This document shows positions 37,714 through 52,947 of a DNA stretch of 64,000 nt, one piece after another. The stretch lies in NCBI GenBank assembly GCA_964016885.1, contig OZ024750.1:41292001-41356000 (forward strand). Reading direction: 5' to 3'. The translations under genes and the position numbers were made by a program. The notes under the pieces are model-generated. The model saw nothing but the letters and a program-made list of their open reading frames with translations. It had not been told where the DNA came from and did no database searches. This stretch comes from Eledone cirrhosa. Its lineage: Eukaryota. Each line of letters opens with the position of its first letter. The stretch's first letter is position 1.

Positions 37714-38151
37714 ACATCATCATCATTGCTATCACCACCCCCATCATCATCGCTACCCTTATCATTATCCTCATCACCATCACCACTACCATCATCATTG
37801 CTATCATCACCATCATCATCATCACCATCACCATCTGCTCCTCACCCCCCTCATCATCCTCATCCCCCTTCTTCTCCTCCTCCTCCTCCTTCTCCTTCAT
37901 CCACCTCTGCTCTCCTCATTCTCATCCTCATCCATTACCTGTCCTCTCTACTCTATCCTCTTCAACGCCCTACTCCTCCTCACCTCCTCCTCTTCCCCCA
38001 TCCTTCTCCTCCTCCTCATCTTCCTCCCTCCCATTCATTCCAAACTGTCAGTTGATGAATCACCATCACCCATCAGTAAAATTGCTATAGATTCACACAG
38101 AAAACAACAGACTTATTGAAACTTCCAGGAATTGTTACAGAGAACTTTACC

Positions 38152-41100
38152 ATTCCTAACCCTTTCCTTACCATATTTCTAAGGAAATCTACTGCTTGTG
38201 TATTCCTAACCCTTTCCTTACCATATTTCTAAGGAAATCTACTGCTTGTGTATTCCTAACCCTTTCCCTACCATATTTCTAAAGAAATCTACTGCTTGTG
38301 TATTCCTAACCCTTTCCTTACCATATTTCTAAGGAAATCTACTGCCTGTGTATTCCTAACCCTTTCCCTACCATATTTCTAAAGAAATCTACTGCTTGTG
38401 TATTCCTAACCCTTTCCTTACCATATTTCTAAGGAAATCTACTGCTTGTGTATTCCTAACCCTTTCCCTACCATATTTCTAAAGAAATCTACTGCCTGTG
38501 TATTCCTAACCCTTTCCTTACCATATTTCTAAAGAAATCTACTGCTTGTGTATTCCTAACCCTTTCCCTACCATATTTCTAAAGAAATCTACTGCTTGTG
38601 TATTCCTAACCCTTTCCTTACCATATTTCTAAGGAAATCTACTGCCTGTGTATTCCTAACCCTTTCCCTACCATATTTCTAAAGAAATCTACTGCTTGTG
38701 TATTCCTAACCCTTTCCTTACCATATTTCTAAGGAAATCTACTGCCTGTGTATTCCTAACCCTTTCCCTACCATATTTCTAAAGAAATCTACTGCTTGTG
38801 TATTCCTAACCCTTTCCCTACCATATTTCTAAAGAAATCTACTGCCTGTGTATTGCTAACCCTTTCCTTACCATATTTCTATGGAAATCTACTGCCTGTG
38901 TATTCCTAACCCTTTCCTTACCATATTTCTAAAGAAATCTACTGCCTGTGTATTCCTAACCCTTTCCCTACCATATTTCTAAAGAAATCTACTGCCTGTG
39001 TATTCCTAACCCTTTCCTTACCATATTTCTAAGGAAATCTACTGCTTGTGTATTCCTAACCCTTTCCCTACCATATTTCTAAAGAAATCTACTGCCTGTG
39101 TATTCCTAACCCTTTCCTTACCATATTTCTAAAGAAATCTACTGCCTGTGTATTCCTAACCCTTTCCTTACCATATTTCTAAAGAAATCTACTGCCTGTG
39201 TATTCCTAACCCTTTCCCTACCATATTTCTAAAGAAATCTACTGCCTGTATATTCCTAACCCTTTCCCTACCATATTTCTAAGGAAATCTACTGCCTGTG
39301 TATTCCTAACCCTTTCCCTACCATATTTCTAAAGAAATCTACTGCCTGTGTATTCCTAACCCTTTCCCTACCATATTTCTAAAGAAATCTACTGCCTGTG
39401 TATTCCTAACCCTTTCCTTACCATATTTCTAAAGAAATCTACTGCCTGGGTATTCCTAACCCTTTCCTTACCATATTTCTAAGGAAATCTACTGCCTGTG
39501 TATTCCTAACCCTTTCCTTACCATATTTCTAAAGAAATCTACTGCCTGTGTATTCCTAACCCTTTCCTTACCATATTTCTAAAGAAATCTACTGCCTGGG
39601 TATTCCTAACCCTTTCCTTACCATATTTCTAAGGAAATCTACTGCCTGTGTATTCCTAACCCTTTCCCTACCATATTTCTAAGGAAATCTACTGCCTGTG
39701 TATTCCTAACCCTTTCCCTACCATATTTCTAAAGAAATCTACTGCCTGTGTATTCCTAACCCTTTCCTTACCATATTTCTAAGGAAATCTACTGCTTGTG
39801 TATTCCTAACCCTTTCCCTACCATATTTCTAAAGAAATCTACTGCCTGTGTATTCCTAACCCTTTCCCTACCATATTTCTAAAGAAATCTACTGCCTGTG
39901 TATTCCTAACCCTTTCCCTACCATATTTCTAAAGAAATCTACTGCCTGTGTATTCCTAACCCTTTCCCTACCATATTTCTAAAGAAATCTACTGCCTGTG
40001 TATTCCTAACCCTTTCCTTACCATATTTCTAAGGAAATCTACTGCCTGTGTATTCCTAACCCTTTCCTTACCATATTTCTAAAGAAATCTACTGCCTGTG
40101 TATTCCTAACCCTTTCCTTACCATATTTCTAAAGAAATCTACTGCCTGTGTATTCCTAACCCTTTCCTTACCATATTTCTAAAGAAATCTACTGCCTGTG
40201 TATTCCTAACCCTTTCCTTACCATATTTCTATGGAAATCTACTGCCTGTGTATTCCTAACCCTTTCCTTACCATATTTCTATGGAAATCTACTGCCTGTG
40301 TATTCCTAACCCTTTCCTTACCATATTTCTAAGGAAATCTACTGCCTGTGTATTCCTAACCCTTTCCCTACCATATTTCTAAAGAAATCTACTGCCTGTG
40401 TATTCCTAACCCTTTCCTTACCATATTTCTAAAGAAATCTACTGCCTGTGTATTCCTAACCCTTTCCTTACCATATTTCTAAAGAAATCTACTGCCAGTG
40501 TATTCCTAACCCTTTCCTTACCATATTTCTATGGAAATCTACTGCCTGTGTATTCCTAACCCTTTCCTTACCATATTTCTAAAGAAATCTACTGCTTGTG
40601 TATTCCTAACCCTTTCCCTACCATATTTCTAAAGAAATCTACTGCCTGTGTATTCCTAACCCTTTCCCTACCATATTTCTAAAGAAATCTACTGCTTGTG
40701 TATTCCTAACCCTTTCCTTACCATATTTCTAAAGAAATCTACTGCCTGTGTATTCCTAACCCTTTCCCTACCATATTTCTAAAGAAATCTACTGCTTGTG
40801 TATTCCTAACCCTTTCCCTACCATATTTCTAAGGAAATCTACTGCCTGTGTATTCCTAACCCTTTCCCTACCATATTTCTAAGGAAATCTACTGCCTGTG
40901 TATTCCTAACCCTTTCCCTACCATATTTCTAAAGAAATCTACTGCCTGTGTATTCCTAACCCTTTCCCTACCATATTTCTAAGGAAATCTGCTGCCTGTG
41001 TATTCCTAACCCTTTCCCTACCATATTTCTAAAGAAATCTACTGCCTGTGTATTCCTAACCCTTTCCCTACCATATTTCTAAAGAAATCTACTGCCTGTG

Positions 41101-44100
41101 TATTCCTAACCCTTTCCCTACCATATTTCTAAGGAAATCTACTGCCTGTGTATTCCTAACCCTTTCCCTACCATATTTCTAAAGAAATCTGCTGCCTGTG
41201 TATTCCTAACCCTTTCCCTACCATATTTCTAAAGAAATCTACTGCCTGTGTATTCCTAACCCTTTCCCTACCATATTTCTAAAGAAATCTACTGCCTGTG
41301 TATTCCTAACCCTTTCCCTACCATATTTCTAAAGAAATCTACTGCCTGTGTATTCCTAACCCTTTCCCTACCATATTTCTAAAGAAGTCTACTGCCTGTG
41401 TATTCCTAACCCTTTCCCTACCATATTTCTAAAGAAATCTACTGCCTGGGTATTCCTAACCCTTTCCTTACCATATTTCTAAAGAAATCTACTGCCTGTG
41501 TATTCCTAACCCTTTCCCTACCATATTTCTAAGGAAATCTACTGCCTGTGTATTCCTAACCCTTTCCTTACCATATTTCTAAGGAAATCTACTGCCTGTG
41601 TATTCCTAACCCTTTCCCTACCATATTTCTAAAGAAATCTACTGCCTGGGTATTCCTAACCCTTTCCTTACCATATTTTTAAGGAAATCTACTGCCTGTG
41701 TATTCCTAACCCTTTCCCTACCATATTTCTAAAGAAATCTACTGCCTGTGTATTCTTAACCCTTTCCCTACCATATTTCTAAAGAAATCTACTGCCTGTG
41801 TATTCCTAACCCTTTCCCTACCATATTTCTAAAGAAATCTACTGCCTGTGTATTCCTAACCCTTTCCCTACCATATTTCTAAAGAAATCTACTGCCTGTG
41901 TATTCCTAACCCTTTCCCTACCATATTTCTAAAGAAATCTACTGCCTGTGTATTCCTAACCCTTTCCCTACCATATTTCTAAAGAAATCTACTGCCTGTG
42001 TATTCCTAACCCTTTCCCTACCATATTTCTAAAGAAATCTACTGCCTGTGTATTCCTAACCCTTTCCCTACCATATTTCTAAAGAAATCTACTGCCTGTG
42101 TATTCCTAACCCTTTCCCTACCATATTTCTAAAGAAATCTACTGCCTGTGTATTCCTAACCCTTTCCCTACCATATTTCTAAAGAAATCTACTGCCTGTG
42201 TATTTCTAACCCTTTCCCTACCATATTTCTAAAGAAATCTACTGCCTGTGTATTCCTAACCCTTTCCCTACCATATTTCTAAAGAAATCTACTGCCTGTG
42301 TATTTCTAACCCTTTCCCTACCATATTTCTAAAGAAATCTACTGCCTGTGTATTTCTAACCCTTTCCCTACCATATTTCTAAAGAAATCTACTGCCTGTG
42401 TATTCCTAACCCTTTCCCTACCATATTTCTAAAGAAATCTACTGCCTGTGTATTTCTAACCCTTTCCCTACCATATGTCTAAAGAAATCTACTGCCTGTG
42501 TATTCCTAACCCTTTCCCTACCATATTTCTAAGGAAATCTACTGCCTGTGTATTCCTAACCCTTTCCCTACCATATTTCTAAGGAAATCTACTGCCTGTG
42601 TATTCCTAACCCTTTCCCTACCATATTTCTAAGGAAATCTACTGCCTGTGTATTCCTAACCCTTTCCCTACCATATTTAAAAAGAAATCTACTGCCTGTG
42701 TATTCCTAACCCTTTCCTTACCATATTTCTAAAGAAATCTACTGCCTGTGTATTCCTAACTCTTTCCCTACCATATTTCTAAAGAAATCTACTGCCTGTG
42801 TATTCCTAACCCTTTCCTTACCATATTTCTAAAGAAATCTACTGCCTGTGTATTCCTAACTCTTTCCCTACCATATTTCTAAAGAAATCTACTGCCTGTG
42901 TATTCCCAACCCTTTCCTTACCATATTTCTAAAGAAATCTACTGCCTGTGTATTCCTAACCCTTTCCTTACCATATTTCTAAGGAAATCTACTGCCTGTG
43001 TATTCCTAACCATTTACCTACCATATTTCTAAAGAAATCTACTGCCTGTGTATTCCTAACCCTTTCCCTACCATATTTCTAAAGAAATCTACTGCCTGTG
43101 TATTTCTAACCCTTTCCTTACCATATTTCTAAGGAAATCGACTGCCTGTGTATTCCTAACCCTTTCCCTACCATATTTCTAAGGAAATCTACTGCCTGTG
43201 TATTCCTAACCCTTTCCCTACCATATTTCTAAGGAAATCTACTGCATGTGTATTCCTAACCCTTTCCCTACCATATTTCTAAGGAAATCTACTGCCTGTG
43301 TATTCCTAACCCTTTCCTTACCATATTTCTAAGGAAATCTACTGCCTGTGTATTCCTAACCCTTTCCTTACCATATTTCTAAAGAAATCTACTGCCTGTT
43401 TATTCCTAACCCTTTCCTTACCATATTTCTAAAGAAATCTACTGCCTGTGTATTCCTAACCCTTTCCCTACCATATTTCTAAAGAAATCTACTGCCTGTG
43501 TATTTCTAACCCTTTCCCTACCATATTTCTAAAGAAATCTACTGCCTGTGTATTCCTAACCCTTTCCCTACCATATTTCTAAAGAAATCTACTGCCTGTG
43601 TATTTCTAACCCTTTCCCTACCATATTTCTAAAGAAATCTACTGCCTGTGTATTTCTAACCCTTTCCCTACCATATTTCTAAAGAAATCTACTGCCTGTG
43701 TATTCCTAACCCTTTCCCTACCATATTTCTAAAGAAATCTACTGCCTGTGTATTCCTAACCCTTTCCCTACCATATTTCTAAAGAAATCTACTGCCTGTG
43801 TATTTCTAACCCTTTCCCTACCATATTTCTAAAGAAATCTACTGCCTGTGTATTCCTAACCCTTTCCCTACCATATTTCTAAGGAAATCTACTGCCTGTG
43901 TATTCCTAACCCTTTCCCTACCATATTTCTAAGGAAATCTACTGCCTGTGTATTCCTAACCCTTTCCCTACCATATTTCTAAGGAAATCTACTGCCTGTG
44001 TATTCCTAACCCTTTCCCTACCATATTTAAAAAGAAATCTACTGCCTGTGTATTCCTAACCCTTTCCTTACCATATTTCTAAAGAAATCTACTGCCTGTG

Positions 44101-47100
44101 TATTCCTAACTCTTTCCCTACCATATTTCTAAAGAAATCTACTGCCTGTGTATTCCTAACCCTTTCCTTACCATATTTCTAAAGAAATCTACTGCCTGTG
44201 TATTCCTAACTCTTTCCCTACCATATTTCTAAAGAAATCTACTGCCTGTGTATTCCTAACCCTTTCCTTACCATATTTCTAAAGAAATCTACTGCCTGTG
44301 TATTCCTAACTCTTTCCCTACCATATTTCTAAAGAAATCTACTGCCTGTGTATTCCTAACCCTTTCCTTACCATATTTCTAAGGAAATCTACTGCTTGTG
44401 TATTCCTAACCCTTTCCCTACCATATTTCTAAAGAAATCTACTGCCTGTGTATTCCTAACCCTTTCCTTACCATATTTCTAAAGAAATCTACTGCCTGTG
44501 TATTCCTAACCCTTTCCTTACCATATTTCTAAAGAAATCTACTGCCTGTGTATTCCTAACCCTTTCCCTACCATATTTCTAAAGAAATCTACTGCCTGTA
44601 TATTCCTAACCCTTTCCCTACCATATTTCTAAGGAAATCTACTGCCTGTGTATTCCTAACCCTTTCCCTACCATATTTCTAAAGAAATCTACTGCCTGTG
44701 TATTCCTAACCCTTTCCCTACCATATTTCTAAAGAAATCTACTGCCTGTGTATTCCTAACCCTTTCCTTACCATATTTCTAAAGAAATCTACTGCCTGGG
44801 TATTCCTAACCCTTTCCTTACCATATTTCTAAGGAAATCTACTGCCTGTGTATTCCTAACCCTTTCCTTACCATATTTCTAAAGAAATCTACTGCCTGTG
44901 TATTCCTAACCCTTTCCTTACCATATTTCTAAAGAAATCTACTGCCTGGGTATTCCTAACCCTTTCCTTACCATATTTCTAAGGAAATCTACTGCCTGTG
45001 TATTCCTAACCCTTTCCCTACCATATTTCTAAGGAAATCTACTGCCTGTGTATTCCTAACCCTTTCCCTACCATATTTCTAAAGAAATCTACTGCCTGTG
45101 TATTCCTAACCCTTTCCTTACCATATTTCTAAGGAAATCTACTGCTTGTGTATTCCTAACCCTTTCCCTACCATATTTCTAAAGAAATCTACTGCCTGTG
45201 TATTCCTAACCCTTTCCCTACCATATTTCTAAAGAAATCTACTGCCTGTGTATTCCTAACCCTTTCCCTACCATATTTCTAAAGAAATCTACTGCCTGTG
45301 TATTCCTAACCCTTTCCCTACCATATTTCTAAAGAAATCTACTGCCTGTGTATTCCTAACCCTTTCCTTACCATATTTCTAAGGAAATCTACTGCCTGTG
45401 TATTCCTAACCCTTTCCTTACCATATTTCTAAAGAAATCTACTGCCTGTGTATTCCTAACCCTTTCCTTACCATATTTCTAAAGAAATCTACTGCCTGTG
45501 TATTCCTAACCCTTTCCTTACCATATTTCTAAAGAAATCTACTGCCTGTGTATTCCTAACCCTTTCCTTACCATATTTCTATGGAAATCTACTGCCTGTG
45601 TATTCCTAACCCTTTCCTTACCATATTTCTATGGAAATCTACTGCCTGTGTATTCCTAACCCTTTCCTTACCATATTTCTAAGGAAATCTACTGCCTGTG
45701 TATTCCTAACCCTTTCCCTACCATATTTCTAAAGAAATCTACTGCCTGTGTATTCCTAACCCTTTCCTTACCATATTTCTAAAGAAATCTACTGCCTGTG
45801 TATTCCTAACCCTTTCCTTACCATATTTCTAAAGAAATCTACTGCCAGTGTATTCCTAACCCTTTCCTTACCATATTTCTATGGAAATCTACTGCCTGTG
45901 TATTCCTAACCCTTTCCTTACCATATTTCTAAAGAAATCTACTGCTTGTGTATTCCTAACCCTTTCCCTACCATATTTCTAAAGAAATCTACTGCCTGTG
46001 TATTCCTAACCCTTTCCCTACCATATTTCTAAAGAAATCTACTGCTTGTGTATTCCTAACCCTTTCCTTACCATATTTCTAAAGAAATCTACTGCCTGTG
46101 TATTCCTAACCCTTTCCCTACCATATTTCTAAAGAAATCTACTGCTTGTGTATTCCTAACCCTTTCCCTACCATATTTCTAAGGAAATCTACTGCCTGTG
46201 TATTCCTAACCCTTTCCCTACCATATTTCTAAGGAAATCTACTGCCTGTGTATTCCTAACCCTTTCCCTACCATATTTCTAAAGAAATCTACTGCCTGTG
46301 TATTCCTAACCCTTTCCCTACCATATTTCTAAGGAAATCTGCTGCCTGTGTATTCCTAACCCTTTCCCTACCATATTTCTAAAGAAATCTACTGCCTGTG
46401 TATTCCTAACCCTTTCCCTACCATATTTCTAAAGAAATCTACTGCCTGTGTATTCCTAACCCTTTCCCTACCATATTTCTAAGGAAATCTACTGCCTGTG
46501 TATTCCTAACCCTTTCCCTACCATATTTCTAAAGAAATCTGCTGCCTGTGTATTCCTAACCCTTTCCCTACCATATTTCTAAAGAAATCTACTGCCTGTG
46601 TATTCCTAACCCTTTCCCTACCATATTTCTAAAGAAATCTACTGCCTGTGTATTCCTAACCCTTTCCCTACCATATTTCTAAAGAAATCTACTGCCTGTG
46701 TATTCCTAACCCTTTCCCTACCATATTTCTAAAGAAGTCTACTGCCTGTGTATTCCTAACCCTTTCCCTACCATATTTCTAAAGAAATCTACTGCCTGGG
46801 TATTCCTAACCCTTTCCTTACCATATTTCTAAAGAAATCTACTGCCTGTGTATTCCTAACCCTTTCCCTACCATATTTCTAAGGAAATCTACTGCCTGTG
46901 TATTCCTAACCCTTTCCTTACCATATTTCTAAGGAAATCTACTGCCTGTGTATTCCTAACCCTTTCCCTACCATATTTCTAAAGAAATCTACTGCCTGGG
47001 TATTCCTAACCCTTTCCTTACCATATTTTTAAGGAAATCTACTGCCTGTGTATTCCTAACCCTTTCCCTACCATATTTCTAAAGAAATCTACTGCCTGTG

Positions 47101-50100
47101 TATTCTTAACCCTTTCCCTACCATATTTCTAAAGAAATCTACTGCCTGTGTATTCCTAACCCTTTCCCTACCATATTTCTAAAGAAATCTACTGCCTGTG
47201 TATTCCTAACCCTTTCCCTACCATATTTCTAAAGAAATCTACTGCCTGTGTATTCCTAACCCTTTCCCTACCATATTTCTAAAGAAATCTACTGCCTGTG
47301 TATTCCTAACCCTTTCCCTACCATATTTCTAAAGAAATCTACTGCCTGTGTATTCCTAACCCTTTCCCTACCATATTTCTAAAGAAATCTACTGCCTGTG
47401 TATTCCTAACCCTTTCCCTACCATATTTCTAAAGAAATCTACTGCCTGTGTATTCCTAACCCTTTCCCTACCATATTTCTAAAGAAATCTACTGCCTGTG
47501 TATTCCTAACCCTTTCCCTACCATATTTCTAAAGAAATCTACTGCCTGTGTATTTCTAACCCTTTCCCTACCATATTTCTAAAGAAATCTACTGCCTGTG
47601 TATTCCTAACCCTTTCCCTACCATATTTCTAAAGAAATCTACTGCCTGTGTATTTCTAACCCTTTCCCTACCATATTTCTAAAGAAATCTACTGCCTGTG
47701 TATTTCTAACCCTTTCCCTACCATATTTCTAAAGAAATCTACTGCCTGTGTATTCCTAACCCTTTCCCTACCATATTTCTAAAGAAATCTACTGCCTGTG
47801 TATTTCTAACCCTTTCCCTACCATATGTCTAAAGAAATCTACTGCCTGTGTATTCCTAACCCTTTCCCTACCATATTTCTAAGGAAATCTACTGCCTGTG
47901 TATTCCTAACCCTTTCCCTACCATATTTCTAAGGAAATCTACTGCCTGTGTATTCCTAACCCTTTCCCTACCATATTTCTAAGGAAATCTACTGCCTGTG
48001 TATTCCTAACCCTTTCCCTACCATATTTAAAAAGAAATCTACTGCCTGTGTATTCCTAACCCTTTCCTTACCATATTTCTAAAGAAATCTACTGCCTGTG
48101 TATTCCTAACTCTTTCCCTACCATATTTCTAAAGAAATCTACTGCCTGTGTATTCCTAACCCTTTCCTTACCATATTTCTAAAGAAATCTACTGCCTGTG
48201 TATTCCTAACTCTTTCCCTACCATATTTCTAAAGAAATCTACTGCCTGTGTATTCCCAACCCTTTCCTTACCATATTTCTAAAGAAATCTACTGCCTGTG
48301 TATTCCTAACCCTTTCCTTACCATATTTCTAAGGAAATCTACTGCCTGTGTATTCCTAACCATTTACCTACCATATTTCTAAAGAAATCTACTGCCTGTG
48401 TATTCCTAACCCTTTCCCTACCATATTTCTAAAGAAATCTACTGCCTGTGTATTTCTAACCCTTTCCTTACCATATTTCTAAGGAAATCGACTGCCTGTG
48501 TATTCCTAACCCTTTCCCTACCATATTTCTAAGGAAATCTACTGCCTGTGTATTCCTAACCCTTTCCCTACCATATTTCTAAGGAAATCTACTGCATGTG
48601 TATTCCTAACCCTTTCCCTACCATATTTCTAAGGAAATCTACTGCCTGTGTATTCCTAACCCTTTCCTTACCATATTTCTAAGGAAATCTACTGCCTGTG
48701 TATTCCTAACCCTTTCCTTACCATATTTCTAAAGAAATCTACTGCCTGTTTATTCCTAACCCTTTCCTTACCATATTTCTAAAGAAATCTACTGCCTGTG
48801 TATTCCTAACCCTTTCCCTACCATATTTCTAAAGAAATCTACTGCCTGTGTATTTCTAACCCTTTCCCTACCATATTTCTAAAGAAATCTACTGCCTGTG
48901 TATTCCTAACCCTTTCCCTACCATATTTCTAAAGAAATCTACTGCCTGTGTATTTCTAACCCTTTCCCTACCATATTTCTAAAGAAATCTACTGCCTGTG
49001 TATTTCTAACCCTTTCCCTACCATATTTCTAAAGAAATCTACTGCCTGTGTATTCCTAACCCTTTCCCTACCATATTTCTAAAGAAATCTACTGCCTGTG
49101 TATTCCTAACCCTTTCCCTACCATATTTCTAAAGAAATCTACTGCCTGTGTATTTCTAACCCTTTCCCTACCATATTTCTAAAGAAATCTACTGCCTGTG
49201 TATTCCTAACCCTTTCCCTACCATATTTCTAAGGAAATCTACTGCCTGTGTATTCCTAACCCTTTCCCTACCATATTTCTAAGGAAATCTACTGCCTGTG
49301 TATTCCTAACCCTTTCCCTACCATATTTCTAAGGAAATCTACTGCCTGTGTATTCCTAACCCTTTCCCTACCATATTTAAAAAGAAATCTACTGCCTGTG
49401 TATTCCTAACCCTTTCCTTACCATATTTCTAAAGAAATCTACTGCCTGTGTATTCCTAACTCTTTCCCTACCATATTTCTAAAGAAATCTACTGCCTGTG
49501 TATTCCTAACCCTTTCCTTACCATATTTCTAAAGAAATCTACTGCCTGTGTATTCCTAACTCTTTCCCTACCATATTTCTAAAGAAATCTACTGCCTGTG
49601 TATTCCCAACCCTTTCCTTACCATATTTCTAAAGAAATCTACTGCCTGTGTATTCCTAACCCTTTCCTTACCATATTTCTAAGGAAATCTACTGCCTGTG
49701 TATTCCTAACCATTTACCTACCATATTTCTAAAGAAATCTACTGCCTGTGTATTCCTAACCCTTTCCCTACCATATTTCTAAAGAAATCTACTGCCTGTG
49801 TATTTCTAACCCTTTCCTTACCATATTTCTAAGGAAATCGACTGCCTGTGTATTCCTAACCCTTTCCCTACCATATTTCTAAGGAAATCTACTGCCTGTG
49901 TATTCCTAACCCTTTCCCTACCATATTTCTAAGGAAATCTACTGCATGTGTATTCCTAACCCTTTCCCTACCATATTTCTAAGGAAATCTACTGCCTGTG
50001 TATTCCTAACCCTTTCCTTACCATATTTCTAAGGAAATCTACTGCCTGTGTATTCCTAACCCTTTCCTTACCATATTTCTAAAGAAATCTACTGCCTGTT

Positions 50101-50550
50101 TATTCCTAACCCTTTCCTTACCATATTTCTAAAGAAATCTACTGCCTGTGTATTCCTAACCCTTTCCCTACCATATTTCTAAGGAAATCTACTGCCTGTG
50201 TATTCCTAACCCTTTCCCTACCATATTTCTAAGGAAATCTACTGCATGTGTATTCCTAACCCTTTCCCTACCATATTTCTAAGGAAATCTACTGCCTGTG
50301 TATTCCTAACCCTTTCCTTACCATATTTCTAAGGAAATCTACTGCCTGTTTATTCCTAACCCTTTCCTTACCATATTTCTAAAGAAATCTACTGCCTGTG
50401 TATTCCTAACCCTTTCCTTACCATATTTCTAAGGAAATCTACTGCCTGTGTATTCCTAACCCTTTCCCTACCATATTTCTAAAGAAATCTACTGCCTGTG
50501 TATTCCTAACCCTTTCCCTACCATATTTCTAAGGAAATCTACTGCCAGTG
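38152..50550. repeat. 50-bp satellite, about 248 copies, with higher-order duplications
   Basis: Unit tattcctaaccctttcc(c/t)taccatatttctaa(a/g)gaaatctactgcctgtg. The register is kept throughout. Confidence 0.98.
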
Positions 50551-50776
50551 ACACCTGCAACAATAGCCAACCCCACTTTGTGGGGCTTCCTTCCTCAGAG
50601 GTGCTGCTGTCATTCCAATTTTACAAGGGAGGTCAACTGTGTTTATAGCCTACAACACACTTCCACTGAGAGGCAGGAAGGGGTGCCATTTAGATGACTA
50701 AATTAAGGTGGTGTCCCAGCATGGGCACAATCTAATGGCTGAAACCAGTAAAAGAGTATATGCAAAGAATTATTAA

Positions 50777-51140
50777 CCTTCTAGCATTTAAACCAGCCAT
50801 TTCCAGCCAGAATTCTCTCACCTCTTTGTGTTCAAACCAGCTATAACCGGCCTCTCATACTGATGTTAAGGTATTGTTCTCAAAATAAATAATATAAAAA
50901 TCTCATAGATTCGATATTATGTGAGATATTATGTGGGGTAAAGCCTTTACCACAAAAATACAATAGTATATATAGAGTAATGTAAAGGTTATGTGAGATA
51001 TTATGTGGGGTAAAGCCTTTACCACAAAAATACAATAGTATATATAGAGTAATGTAAAGGTTATGTGAGATATTGTGTGAGATAAAGCCTTTACCACAAA
51101 AATACAATAGTATATATAGAGTAATGTAAATGCTAAAGGG
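50777..51140 (+). mobile_element. piggyBac-type MITE, complete
   Basis: TTAA|ccttctagcattta ... taaatgctaaaggg|TTAA shows TIRs and a TTAA target duplication. Short internal tandem repeats. Confidence 0.8.
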
Positions 51141-51410
51141 TTAAAATGTATATTATATATATTTCCAGCCCAGAGCTAAACAGAGATTACTGGTAAATAT
51201 TGAAGTTAACAATAAAAGAAAATTATTTATTTATTGATAATTAAGTATAGGCCAGGTAAAAGAATGGTGAGACTCTCTGACTTAAAACATAATGTGGTTA
51301 ATTTACATAAACAATAAAATATTAACTGTCACATAGACAATGAAAATAATATATCTTTTATTATTTTTCTACTTTCAGTCATCCATTAATCTATTTTCAT
51401 ATATATCTAG

Positions 51411-51620
51411 TGAGGGTATGTGGCTGAGTGGTAAGAGAATTGGATTCACAATCGTGAGGTTGTGGGTTCGATTCCCGGACTGGGTGATACCTTATGTCCT
51501 TGAGCAAGACACTTTATTTCATGTTCTTCCTTCTGCCTGGATTTGTGATCAGTAGATAGTATTAGCAATTGGAAAGACCAATGGAAACACTGTTTCCATG
51601 GTCCAATTTGACGAGGTCTG
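51411..51620 (+). mobile_element. Second CORE-type SINE subfamily
   Basis: tggctgagtgg, ggttcgattcc and ccttgagcaagacacttt. Confidence 0.75.
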
Positions 51621-52037
51621 GGATCTCTATATATAAATTAAAAGGTTATCTTCTCTAATACTTAGACATATATATAGGGAGGAGAGAGATGTATATATAT
51701 ATATATTCAAAACAACAAACAGCGGAAGACGCGTTTCGCACCTTTCCGACAGACAACCTTTCCCCCACCCCGGAAAAAACCCCCAGTTGATGGATGTGAA
51801 TCCGAAATATATCGGGACAATTAAATCTCTCCCAAGGTAACTCTCTCTCGTGTTCTTATTTTTATTTTATCCTTTATACTCTTTTCTTCATTCCTCTACA
51901 CGTCTTATTCACACCACGCATCTCAACGTACACCCACTTACATCTCTCTCTCCACCACCGGATCTTGTTACCCGGAGATTTACCCATTTGCATTGTCGAG
52001 GCTTCCAAACGACTTAAAGATATTTACATATATATAT

Positions 52038-52500
52038 ATCATCATCATCATCGTTTAACGTCCGTGTTCCACGCTTGCATGGGTTTGGACGGGGGTTTTC
52101 CCACTTGAGGCAAGAGTGGTTGTCTTACTCGCATAGGACTGTCTGGCGGGTTTTCTACAGCTGGATGCCCTTCCTAACACCAACCACATTTACAGTGTGG
52201 GGCTGGGAGGTTTTTACCGTGTTGCCTACACGGCCACATTACAGCATGGACTGTCTGGCGTGTTTTCTACAGCTGGATGCCCTTCCTAACACCAACCACA
52301 TTTACAGTGTGGGACTGGGAGGTTTTTACCGTGTTGCCTACACGGCCACATTACAGCATGGACTGTCTGGCGTGTTTTCTACAGCTGGATGCCCTTCCTA
52401 ACACCAACCACATTTACAGTGTGGGACTGGGAGGTTTTTACTGTGTTGCCTACACGGTCACATTACAGTGAGGACTGTGTGTTTTTTTGTCGTGACACCT
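52038..52500 (-). mobile_element. RTE 3'-UTR module with three 112-bp units
   Basis: Reverse homologue of 21355-22608. Confidence 0.85.
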
Positions 52501-52583
52501 ATATATATATATATTAAGTTGTTAAATAATACCTTGATTAAATCTTAACCATTTAACATCTCAGGGTATGTCATGTATCATTA

Positions 52584-52638
52584 TATTTTGTCTGATGAGG
52601 ACGTACTGTTGTACATCCGAAATATGTATAATAAAATG
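52584..52638 (+). ncRNA. Type-I hammerhead ribozyme (family I)
   Basis: tattttgt-CTGATGA-ggacgtac-tgtt-gtacatcc-GAAA-tatgta-TA-ataaaatg. Confidence 0.8.
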
Positions 52639-52947
52639 TAATTGATCAAAAGAACATCTATTTTATTAATACTTATATTTTAATATATATACATATATAT
52701 GATGGCTGCAGCTCGATTTTGAGTAATGCCATCACTTGATCCTTAAGCATGAGCATCATGGACGTGGCTTTTTAGTCCTGCTAAGGGCTTGCCTATGGCC
52801 AGCAATACCATGCATCACAAAAAAATGTCACATATCAAGCGATGCCTGTGTTTGAAACTTTTTTAAGTTAGGAAAGGCTTTGCACGGAGCCAGCCCCACT
52901 CTCTGAACAGCGAATGTATTTACCCCCAAAAGAAGAACTGGTCTACA

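Noticed and set aside
51169-51192. 24-bp micro-exon (ttccag|...|gtaaat)
   Set aside because: Splice signals alone are too weak in AT-rich DNA, and there is no homology or neighbouring exon support.
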